Positions 17,709 through 26,143 of a DNA stretch of 64,000 bases are shown piece after piece. Source of the DNA: Lachnospiraceae bacterium (GTDB taxonomy: Bacteria; Bacillota; Clostridia; Lachnospirales; Lachnospiraceae); the NCBI GenBank assembly GCA_030825115.1, contig JAPJQL010000005.1, positions 2,068-66,067 of the forward strand, written 5' to 3'. The notes below the pieces were generated by a model, which was given only the letters and a program-made list of their open reading frames with translations, did not search any database and was not told the DNA's origin. The position numbers were made by a program, and so were the translations under genes. Numbering within the stretch: position 1 is the first letter of the stretch; each line of letters begins with the position of its first letter.

Positions 17709-19079
17709 TTGTTTGGAAAGATACTGAATGCAATAAGAGGGGTGATAAGAAAGATGTTCCCAGCAAAGACACTGAAACAGGTGATAGGGCAAGATGTTGC
17801 GATATCGCAACGGATGATAGAGAGGATTGAACTGTGGGGGGCTATGTACCGGGGTCATTCGCCCTGGGTGGATGACCAGGTGGATTCCCTCCAGATTGAG
17901 CAGGGTATCTGCCGGGAATTTGCCAATGTCTGCCTGAATGAGATGGAGTCCAGCATCTCAATCGACCAGATGGATCGGGTATACCAGATGGCAATACGGG
18001 ATCTGAATGAGAACCTGCAGGCGGGGATTGCATATGGCTCTTTCTGCATCAAGCCCTTGGGCGGTAGTGTGGTTGAGTATGTCACAGCTGACCGCTTCGT
18101 GCCGCTATCTTTTGATGCCCGTGGTCGCCTCACCAGTGTGGTATTCATCCAGGTGAAACGGATTAGCGAGGATAACTTCTATCTTCGCTTGGAGTTCCAC
18201 GAGTGGAATCAGGACCAGACACTGCGGATCCAAAACAAGGCATACCACACATCTAATCCAAGCAGTATAGGAAGCCCTGTTGAGCTGTCTGTCGTGGATG
18301 AGTGGGCGGCGCTCCCAGAGGATGTGATGTACCAAGGGGTTGAGAGGCCTGATTTCGGATATTACCGAAACCCTATCAAGAATGAGATTGATAACTCTGC
18401 CTGCGGGGTATCGGTTTTTGATTCTGCGATTAACATGATCAAAAAGACAGATGTTCAGTTCGGGCGGCTTGACTGGGAGTTTGAGAGTGGGGAGCGCGCT
18501 GTACATGTGGACGCCACAGCCCTGCAGGCGGTACCAGTACTGGACAACAAGAGAAAGGCCAAGTATGTGCTGCCTAAACTTAACAAGAGGCTGTATCGTG
18601 GTCTGAACCTTAGCAAGTCCAATGGGGAGGAACTGTACCAGGAGTACAGCCCTGAGTTCCGGGACCAGAGCATCATCAATGGTCTGAATGCCTATTTGCG
18701 GCGGATTGAGTTTAATGTGTGTCTCTCATATGGCGACCTCTCTGATGTAAATGACGTAGACAAGACCGCCACGGAAGCCAAGATAGCCAAAAAGCGAAAG
18801 TACAACATGGTCAAGGCTATCCAGTCAAACTTAAAGGACTGCCTGGAGGACTTGGCATATGCCCTGGCTTTTTATAATGGCATGACTAAGAGTGGTTATG
18901 AATTCCTGTGCACGTTTAAGGACAGCATCCTGGTGGATGAGGAAGAAGAACGGCAGCAGGACAGGCAGGACGTGGCAATGGGCGTGCTTAATTTATGGGA
19001 ATATAGAATGAAGTGGTATGGGGAAACAGAAGAAGAGGCAAAGCGGAATTTGCCAGAACCAGCATTGACAGAGGAGTGA
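17709..19079 (+). CDS. Portal protein (SPP1/A118-like)
   Basis: Synteny, size, KTATE motif. Confidence 0.88.
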   Translation: MFGKILNAIRGVIRKMFPAKTLKQVIGQDVAISQRMIERIELWGAMYRGHSPWVDDQVDSLQIEQGICREFANVCLNEMESSISIDQMDRVYQMAIRDLNENLQAGIAYGSFCIKPLGGSVVEYVTADRFVPLSFDARGRLTSVVFIQVKRISEDNFYLRLEFHEWNQDQTLRIQNKAYHTSNPSSIGSPVELSVVDEWAALPEDVMYQGVERPDFGYYRNPIKNEIDNSACGVSVFDSAINMIKKTDVQFGRLDWEFESGERAVHVDATALQAVPVLDNKRKAKYVLPKLNKRLYRGLNLSKSNGEELYQEYSPEFRDQSIINGLNAYLRRIEFNVCLSYGDLSDVNDVDKTATEAKIAKKRKYNMVKAIQSNLKDCLEDLAYALAFYNGMTKSGYEFLCTFKDSILVDEEEERQQDRQDVAMGVLNLWEYRMKWYGETEEEAKRNLPEPALTEE

Positions 19080-19084
19080 TGTAG

Positions 19085-20860
19085 ATGACGCCGGAAGAAC
19101 TGGAGAAGCTTCCCAAACCGATTGAGCGCATCATGACGGCGCTTGAACTGTCCATCATGGACGAAATCGTACAGCGTATCAAGGTAGCTGCACAGATTAC
19201 GCCGGTAACTGACTGGATGCTGAACCGGTTGGTTGCTATCGGTGAGAGTAAGTCCAGGATTAAGCGCCTGATTGGGAATGCCATTATAGATGCCGACCTG
19301 CAGGTGGATGACATATTTAAACGTGCAGCACAGTCCGATTATATTCGCAATAAGGAAATCTATGAGGCGGCGGGAAAGGATTATCTGCCATACGAGGATA
19401 ACCAATGGCTACAACAGGTCGTAGATGCTGCCAGGAGGCAGACCAAGGACGACCTGAGGCCGTTTGAAAACATCACCCAGACGACAGGCTTTAATGTGCC
19501 GATGGGCGAAGGCAAGAAGGTATTCACGCCGCTATCTGAATACCTGGAGCGCAGCCTGGACAAGGCTATGCTGGGAATCACCACTGGCACCAGGACATAC
19601 AGCCAGGCCATAGGCGAGGTGATCGACGAGATGACGGCCAGCGGCATCCGGACGGTGGACTATGCTTCTGGGAAGTCTGACCGAATCGAAGTGGCTGCCC
19701 GGCGTGCGGTGATGACCGGTGTCGCTCAGATGACGAAGCAGGTCAGTGATAAGAACGCTGAGCAGCTGGGGACGGACCACTGGGAGGTGGATTGGCACAT
19801 GGGCGCCAGGAACACCGGGACAGGGTATCTTAACCACCAGAGCTGGCAGGGTAAGGTATATAGCACTGTTGAGATGCACAGCGTCTGTGGAGAGGGTGAA
19901 ATGCTTGGATTTGCAGGAATTAACTGCTACCATATCAAATTTCCGTTTCTTCCTGGCATCAGCAAGCGCAAGTATACGGATGAATGGCTGGAGGAGCAGA
20001 ACCGGCGGGAGAATGAAAAGAAGATTTTTCGAGGAAAGGAGTTCGATGTATATGGTGCATTGCAACATCAGCGGAAGTTGGAACGGACCATCCGGAAGCA
20101 GAAACAGGATGTGAAGCTTTTGGAGAGCGGCGGGGCTGACCAGGAGGATATCAATGCTGCAAAGTGCCGGTTGCGGCTGACTAACAAAACATATACCGAG
20201 TTTTCTAAGGAAATGGGGCTGAGGCAGCAGAGGGAGCGGTTAAAAGTACCCGATATGGCATCCGGCGCACATGAGGCAGTTAGAAATACCAATACGCCGG
20301 TGCAGTTCAATCCGCAATATGATTATAGTGTCAATCTGAAAGGCTACTCAAAAGAAGTAAATGCTGGGCTGTCAGAAGCGATACGTAATGTTGCTGAGAA
20401 AGGCGGAATGGATGGCTGTGAACACATGAACCTTGTCAACTTAAAGACAGGCATGGTTGAGTATTATGAAACAAATGGGGAGCCAAATGAAGTAGGGTAT
20501 AAGTTTTGGAAATACCTTGACCGGCATCCTGACGGGCAGTATGCGTTTGTACATAACCACAATACGGACAGTTCTTTTTCGGAGATGGACATCAGGACTC
20601 TTTTGACAACAAAGGAGATTCCTGTTATGATAGCGGTAAGGAACGATGCAGTGAAGTATATCGCGGAAAGGCAGGGAGAGGCACAGAAATTTGGACTGTT
20701 TGACGACCTCTATCAGGATGAGATAGAAGCTATGAATAAACAGGTTAGAGATGGGAGGATGTCTCTGGCAGAACGCGGCTTGCAAAGGGAACTCATGATT
20801 GTTGAGAATCTTATCAGAGACTATACGAAAGGGCTGGTTGAGATTGATGGAAGAAAATAA
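19085..20860 (+). CDS. Minor capsid protein (MuF/Phage_min_cap2-like) with JAB-like C-terminal extension
   Basis: HMGAR...HQSWQGKVY...GINCYH core; C-terminal HNHNTDSSFSEMD. Confidence 0.85.
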   Translation: MTPEELEKLPKPIERIMTALELSIMDEIVQRIKVAAQITPVTDWMLNRLVAIGESKSRIKRLIGNAIIDADLQVDDIFKRAAQSDYIRNKEIYEAAGKDYLPYEDNQWLQQVVDAARRQTKDDLRPFENITQTTGFNVPMGEGKKVFTPLSEYLERSLDKAMLGITTGTRTYSQAIGEVIDEMTASGIRTVDYASGKSDRIEVAARRAVMTGVAQMTKQVSDKNAEQLGTDHWEVDWHMGARNTGTGYLNHQSWQGKVYSTVEMHSVCGEGEMLGFAGINCYHIKFPFLPGISKRKYTDEWLEEQNRRENEKKIFRGKEFDVYGALQHQRKLERTIRKQKQDVKLLESGGADQEDINAAKCRLRLTNKTYTEFSKEMGLRQQRERLKVPDMASGAHEAVRNTNTPVQFNPQYDYSVNLKGYSKEVNAGLSEAIRNVAEKGGMDGCEHMNLVNLKTGMVEYYETNGEPNEVGYKFWKYLDRHPDGQYAFVHNHNTDSSFSEMDIRTLLTTKEIPVMIAVRNDAVKYIAERQGEAQKFGLFDDLYQDEIEAMNKQVRDGRMSLAERGLQRELMIVENLIRDYTKGLVEIDGRK

Positions 20861-21032
20861 AGGGTGGGCAACGTCTACGCTGAAAGAAGTGCCTTTCTGG
20901 CGTGATGATATGCAGCCGGAGGAATATGACAGGGAACGGGAGTACCTTGCTAAAAACTGGCACATGGTTCGGGAAGGTACTTACGTCCCATTATGGAAAC
21001 AGAGAAAAGAGAGAAGTAAAGCATCTGAGTGA
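20847..21032 (+). CDS. Small protein, candidate immunity factor
   Basis: ATG overlaps the 3' end of the minor capsid gene; 61 aa. Confidence 0.55.
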   Translation: MEENKGWATSTLKEVPFWRDDMQPEEYDREREYLAKNWHMVREGTYVPLWKQRKERSKASE

Positions 21033-21083
21033 TCAGGTGCTTTTATTATGCCATTGTGACATCGCAATAGGAAGGAGGCAGTT

Positions 21084-21197
21084 ATGTTTAAATGGTTGAG
21101 GCAAAGGTTCTGCCGCCACAGCTACCGTAAACACTGGAGCCGGGCATCCGGCGGGTATGTGAGACGATGTACGAAATGCAATAAGATTGTGGAATAG
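21084..21197 (+). CDS. Small putative zinc-binding peptide (37 aa)
   Basis: RBS AAGGAGG; MFKWLRQRFCRH...CTKCNK. Confidence 0.5.
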   Translation: MFKWLRQRFCRHSYRKHWSRASGGYVRRCTKCNKIVE

Positions 21198-21310
21198 GCA
21201 CGCAGGTTATCCTGGCGTGTTATTTTTATACTTAAAATTGCCCGGTACGGCGTAAAACTGCCGATGCAAGGGACGCGACCCCGTAAAAAGCGTAGCAGGA
21301 AAGGAGTTGT

Positions 21311-21865
21311 ATGAAACGTAAATTTTTAGAGGAAATGGGGCTGACCAAAGAACAGGTGGACAGCATCATGGCTGAAAACGGGACAGACATTGAGGCTGCT
21401 AAGGGAGAACTGGAACAGACTAAGGCAGAACTGGAGCAAGCTAAGTCACAGCTTCAGGAAGCCAATACCACGATTGACGGATTCAAGGACTATGACCAGG
21501 TGAAGAGCCAGGTAGAGGAGTACAAGACAAAGTACGAGACTTCAAAAGCTGAGTATGAGACCAAGATCGCAGACATGCAGTTTGGCACTTCCCTGGAAGC
21601 GGCCATCACCGCAGCTGGCGGGCGTAATGCGAAAGCTATTAAGGCATTGCTCGACGTTGATGCATTGAAAGCCAGTAAGGACCAGACGGCCGATATTAAG
21701 GCTGCAATCGAGGCGTGCCAGAAGGATAACGGGTATCTTTTCGGTGCCAATGAACCTATTAACAATCCGGTAGGCCCTACCGGCGGAGCGGGGGCGGGAG
21801 GTATTGACTCCAACACTGTGGCACTCCGTGCGGCAATGGGACTTCCGGCAGAAACAGCAAAATAA
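21311..21865 (+). CDS. Capsid scaffolding protein (GP20-like)
   Basis: MKRKFLEEMGL, coiled coil, YLF motif; precedes capsid gene. Confidence 0.85.
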   Translation: MKRKFLEEMGLTKEQVDSIMAENGTDIEAAKGELEQTKAELEQAKSQLQEANTTIDGFKDYDQVKSQVEEYKTKYETSKAEYETKIADMQFGTSLEAAITAAGGRNAKAIKALLDVDALKASKDQTADIKAAIEACQKDNGYLFGANEPINNPVGPTGGAGAGGIDSNTVALRAAMGLPAETAK

Positions 21866-21885
21866 GAAAGATGAGGTAAAAGAAT

Positions 21886-22758
21886 ATGCCAAATAATATT
21901 GTATTAGCAAAAAATTATACTGCGCTTCTGGATGAAGTGTACCGGAACGCTTCCGTGACAGCGGATCTGATCAGTGACGCATCCATGATGAGGGCTGGGG
22001 CAAATGCCAACGAGATCCTGTATCCGCAGATTGAAGTGACCGGTCTCGGTGACTATAGCCGGAATAGCGGCTACACAGACGGCGCTGTGAATGTGGCCTG
22101 GAAAACAGCGACGTTCAATTATGACCGCGGCACTAGAATCTCTGTGGACACCATGGACGATCAGGAAACTTTTAATATCGCATTTGGTATGGCCGGTGCA
22201 ACTCTCCAGAGGGACAAGGTGGCTCCGGAAGCGGATGCATTTACGTTTGCGACCCTGGCCGGAACCACTGGAATCTCCGTGGCACCGGCGACGACTTACG
22301 CCGATGCCAGTGCATTCCTGGCAGCATTGCTGGAAGCTAAGAGCATTATGGATGAGGATGAAGTCCCGGAGGAGAATAGGTATCTGTATGCAACGCCTAC
22401 GCTGCTCAACAGCGTCATGGCGCTTGACACTACTAAGTCCAGGGAGGTACTTACCGCCTTTGCAGTTAAGAAAGCTGTTCCTCAGTCCAGGTTCTATACA
22501 GCGATTGATCTGCAGGATGGAAAGACTGTGGGGGAGGAACTTGGACACTATAAGAAAGCAGAGAATGGCAAAGAGATCAATTTCATGATCATTCATAAGC
22601 CGGCGCTCATTAAGTTCGATAAGCATATAGCATCAGACATCATTGCACCGGCAAATAACCCGACTTCTGATGCGTACATCTCCAAGTATCGTAAATATGG
22701 TTTGGTAGATGTGTATAAGAACAAAGTAGCAGGTATCTATCTGAGCCATAAAGCGTAA
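21886..22758 (+). CDS. Major capsid protein
   Basis: Synteny; GLGDYSRNSGY and VAPEADA motifs. Confidence 0.85.
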   Translation: MPNNIVLAKNYTALLDEVYRNASVTADLISDASMMRAGANANEILYPQIEVTGLGDYSRNSGYTDGAVNVAWKTATFNYDRGTRISVDTMDDQETFNIAFGMAGATLQRDKVAPEADAFTFATLAGTTGISVAPATTYADASAFLAALLEAKSIMDEDEVPEENRYLYATPTLLNSVMALDTTKSREVLTAFAVKKAVPQSRFYTAIDLQDGKTVGEELGHYKKAENGKEINFMIIHKPALIKFDKHIASDIIAPANNPTSDAYISKYRKYGLVDVYKNKVAGIYLSHKA

Positions 22759-22770
22759 GGAGGCAGCGGG

Positions 22771-22917
22771 ATGAGAACAGTAGGAATTGGAGCGGAAACC
22801 ACAAAGACCATGGAAGAGCAGCTTGAGGCTTTGAAAGCGGAGAATGCGGAGCTCAGAGCAGAGAATGAGAATCTATCAGCGGAGAATGCGGAGCTCAAGG
22901 CTAAAGCAGGGAAATAA
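22771..22917 (+). CDS. Small coiled-coil protein (48 aa)
   Basis: RBS AAGGAGG; AENAEL heptads. Confidence 0.6.
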   Translation: MRTVGIGAETTKTMEEQLEALKAENAELRAENENLSAENAELKAKAGK

Positions 22918-22935
22918 GAACAGGAGGGTGAGCTG

Positions 22936-23307
22936 ATGGTTTATGCAGATGAGACTTTCTACAAAGAGAAGTACCTGCTTGGCAGGAAGCCGGTCATCAG
23001 CGCCGGTTTTTTGTTTTATGCCCGACAGGCAAGCCGGATTCTTGACCAGTACACATTTGACCGCATGAGAGGGCTGAATGACATCCCGGAGGCGGTGCAG
23101 ATGTGCTGCTGTGAGCTGGCAGAAGCCGGGTTCCGGCAAGAAAAGCTACAGAAGGAATCCGGCGGGAAGACTTCCGAGAAAGTCGGGACATATTCCGTCA
23201 GCTTCAGTTCCACGCAGGAGTCGGCTACGGCTGCTGGCCGGGAACAGCGGGAGATCATCATGAAGTGGCTGTCCGATACCGGTCTGTGCTATCAGGGGGT
23301 GGATTGA
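22936..23307 (+). CDS. Head-tail connector protein
   Basis: Synteny; SEKVGTYSVSF motif. Confidence 0.75.
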   Translation: MVYADETFYKEKYLLGRKPVISAGFLFYARQASRILDQYTFDRMRGLNDIPEAVQMCCCELAEAGFRQEKLQKESGGKTSEKVGTYSVSFSSTQESATAAGREQREIIMKWLSDTGLCYQGVD

Positions 23308-23687
23308 TGTACACGAATGCAGACTGTACGCTGTACTTATACAGCAAATGCGGCAAGGTGGAGCGATATACCAGACTTCCAGTCGAGGATGTATTCTGGG
23401 ACGATGTGAGGCAGTCCACCTTCCTCAAGACCGGACAGAGAGACGGTTGCTCTGTGTCCCTGATCATCCCATATGATAGCCTGGACGACCCGATAACGTT
23501 CACGCAGGGAAGGGATTTGGTGGTGAAAGGCATCATTGCTGACGAGATAGACTGTAGTAGCCAGGAAGCCATGTCAAAGTCTATGGCAGCGTTGAAAGCG
23601 GCACATGGTTATGTGACGGTGACGATGGCGGATGAAAAGCTGTTCGGAAGCGAATCCATGTGGCATTATGAGCTGTCCTGCAAGTGA
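23307..23687 (+). CDS. Head closure/adaptor protein
   Basis: Synteny; ends HYELSCK. Confidence 0.65.
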   Translation: MYTNADCTLYLYSKCGKVERYTRLPVEDVFWDDVRQSTFLKTGQRDGCSVSLIIPYDSLDDPITFTQGRDLVVKGIIADEIDCSSQEAMSKSMAALKAAHGYVTVTMADEKLFGSESMWHYELSCK

Positions 23688-23699
23688 GGAGAGACATGC

Positions 23700-24122
23700 A
23701 TGAAAGTAGAATTTAATATCAGCACAGTTGAGGCTATCAAGAGGAACTATGGTCTGCAGGATGGAGGCCCCGTTCAGAAGCTGGTGGACAGCGAAGTCAT
23801 GCGGTACATGAGCGATTATATGCCGCGGCGACAGGCGGGGGAGCTGGAGCACAAGATGATACTGGATACGGTGATTGGTTCCGGGGAAATCAACATTTCT
23901 GGTCCGTATGCGCACTATCTGCACGAGGGTGTCCTGTATGTGTCACCAACAACAGGGAGTGCCTGGGCTAAGAAGGATGAAATCAAGGTGCCGACTGACC
24001 GGGAGCTGACTTATGCCGGTGCTCCGATGCGCGGGAAGAAGTTCTTTGACCGCATGAAGGCTGACCACAAGGAGGATATTCTTCAGGCAGCACAGGCAAT
24101 GGCTGACAGAGGAGGGAAATAA
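23700..24122 (+). CDS. Neck/minor capsid protein
   Basis: PYAHYLHEG motif; synteny. Confidence 0.7.
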   Translation: MKVEFNISTVEAIKRNYGLQDGGPVQKLVDSEVMRYMSDYMPRRQAGELEHKMILDTVIGSGEINISGPYAHYLHEGVLYVSPTTGSAWAKKDEIKVPTDRELTYAGAPMRGKKFFDRMKADHKEDILQAAQAMADRGGK

Positions 24123-24569
24123 TTGACTATTATCGATTATATGAAACAGAAACTGACGGAATATCCAAAGATATCGGAGTTTCTGTCCGGGGACGATATC
24201 CATATTGATTTCACGGACCCGTCCCCGATTAATTATGGCCTGTCCAGCACGGGCGACAGCCTGCTTAAGGAGGACGTGCTGGGTAATCAGATACGGCAGC
24301 ATAATTTCGTCCTCTACGCAGTCGGGCAGTCCTTCACAGATTATAACCGGCTGGCGAACAGCAATTTTTTGCTGGATCTGGCTTATTGGCTGGAACGCCT
24401 GCCGGAGGAGGAAGGAATCACAGCCGGAGGACTGAACGGGAGTTTTTTAAAGGCAACCACGGCTAACGCTATGAGCATGGGGCTGATGGGAGAAACGATT
24501 GACCAGGGCGTGATGTACCAATTGCAGATATACGCCCAATACACGATAGAAAGCGAGGAATCATATTAA
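24123..24569 (+). CDS. Tail terminator-like protein
   Basis: Synteny; YQLQIYAQY C-terminus. Confidence 0.65.
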   Translation: MTIIDYMKQKLTEYPKISEFLSGDDIHIDFTDPSPINYGLSSTGDSLLKEDVLGNQIRQHNFVLYAVGQSFTDYNRLANSNFLLDLAYWLERLPEEEGITAGGLNGSFLKATTANAMSMGLMGETIDQGVMYQLQIYAQYTIESEESY

Positions 24570-25069
24570 TGGCAAATGAGGCAGGAAAGATTAAACGAAA
24601 GCTTATGGCGCATTTTATTAATTCCGCTGCGCCAGGTGGTGAAGCGGAATTTGTTAGGCTCGGGAAGGACCTGGAGGAATATAGCGTTGAGATGAATGCG
24701 AATGTGGAGACGGCAAACAACATCATTGGGGAGACAAGTGTTACGCTTGACAGCTATCAGCCCCAGGCATCTGCAGACCCGTTTTATGCAGAAGTTGGAG
24801 ACCCAATGTTTGAACGTTTGCAGGCTATCGTTGACGAACGCCAGACCCTTGATGACCTGAAATCGGAAATAATTGAAGTACACCTGTGGGAAACCCCATC
24901 AGCCGGGGCTTATATTGCGTACAAAGAGGATGTCATCATTGAGGTATCAAGCTATGGTGGTGACACTACCGGATATCAGATACCATTTAACGTGCACCAT
25001 ACAGGGAACCGTATAAAGGGGACATTTAACTTATCCACAAGGGCTTTCACTGCCGGGAGCGCGGAGTGA
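24569..25069 (+). CDS. Major tail tube protein
   Basis: Synteny; RLGKDLEE motif. Confidence 0.75.
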   Translation: MANEAGKIKRKLMAHFINSAAPGGEAEFVRLGKDLEEYSVEMNANVETANNIIGETSVTLDSYQPQASADPFYAEVGDPMFERLQAIVDERQTLDDLKSEIIEVHLWETPSAGAYIAYKEDVIIEVSSYGGDTTGYQIPFNVHHTGNRIKGTFNLSTRAFTAGSAE

Positions 25070-25103
25070 AGGATGGGGCTAGAAGAAAAGGAGATGGATA
25101 TAG

Positions 25104-25562
25104 ATGAAAAACCTGAAATTCGATGATGGATACCAGTCATTTACCATCAATGGTGATAAAAACAGGGTGATCCGGTTTAACCCGGGTGATGTCAACATTG
25201 TCCAGAGGAGCCATGACGCGCTAAGGAATATCCATGAGGCGAGTAAAGGCTTGAAAGATATCAAAATCAGCCCTGATGGGGAAGTGGACGGGGCAGGATC
25301 AGATGAAGAGCTTGCCGCCGCTGCCGAAACGCTTAAGCAGGTCGATGATGTCATCCGTGAGAATGTTAACCTTATTTTTAACAGCGATGTTTACGATGTC
25401 GTGTTTAACGGCCAGTCGCCGTTCTGTATCGTAAGGAAGGGAACATATCTGTTCGAGGCTTTCCTGGACAGTGCGATAGGGTTCGTGGAGGCGGCGTCAA
25501 AAGAGGCGGCTGAAGCCAGCAGGGAACGGATTGGGAAATATACCGCTGGCTATAGCAAATGA
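25104..25562 (+). CDS. Tail assembly chaperone
   Basis: Lies between tube and tape measure genes. Confidence 0.65.
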   Translation: MKNLKFDDGYQSFTINGDKNRVIRFNPGDVNIVQRSHDALRNIHEASKGLKDIKISPDGEVDGAGSDEELAAAAETLKQVDDVIRENVNLIFNSDVYDVVFNGQSPFCIVRKGTYLFEAFLDSAIGFVEAASKEAAEASRERIGKYTAGYSK

Positions 25563-26143
25563 TAGGGCGTTTGCCGGTGTCATTGCCGGTGAACGGGAAG
25601 GACATGGGAATAAGGACAGATTTCAGGGATATTCTCGTCATCATGCAGGCTTTGGGGGATCCGGAACTGTCGGAACTGGAAAAGGGAATCGTAATGCTTA
25701 CGGTTCTCTTTTTTGATTTTAAGGATATGCCTCCGGACGATTATGAAGATGCAATGCGCCAGGCATCATGGTTCATTGACTGCGGGCGTCCGGATGACGG
25801 AAAAGCACCCGGCAAGAAAGTGATGGACTGGGAGCAGGATGAGGCAATCCTGTTTGCGGCAGTCAATAAAGTGGCAGGGAAAGAAGTCCGTATGGTGGAA
25901 TATATGCACTGGTGGACGTTTGCAGGGTATTTCATGGAGATTGAGGATGGCACATTCTCAGCTATCCTCGGAATCCGGCAGAAATTAGCGGACCATAAGC
26001 CGCTCGATAAGTGGGAACAGGAATTCCGCCGGAAAAATCAGGCGCTTTGCGACCTGAGGAAAAAATACACGGCAGAAGAGCAGGCGGAGATGGATTACCT
26101 TAATGACCTGCTGGATGGGAAGGTTATAGAAGGAGAGGGGTGA
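25559..26143 (+). CDS. Gp15-like tail assembly protein
   Basis: IRTDFR, DWEQD, YMHWWTF motifs. Confidence 0.75.
   Translation: MIGRLPVSLPVNGKDMGIRTDFRDILVIMQALGDPELSELEKGIVMLTVLFFDFKDMPPDDYEDAMRQASWFIDCGRPDDGKAPGKKVMDWEQDEAILFAAVNKVAGKEVRMVEYMHWWTFAGYFMEIEDGTFSAILGIRQKLADHKPLDKWEQEFRRKNQALCDLRKKYTAEEQAEMDYLNDLLDGKVIEGEG

Noticed and set aside
22830..22900. Repeated GCGGAGAATGCGGAGCTCA
   Set aside because: Explained by coding heptad repeats (AENAEL) in a small ORF
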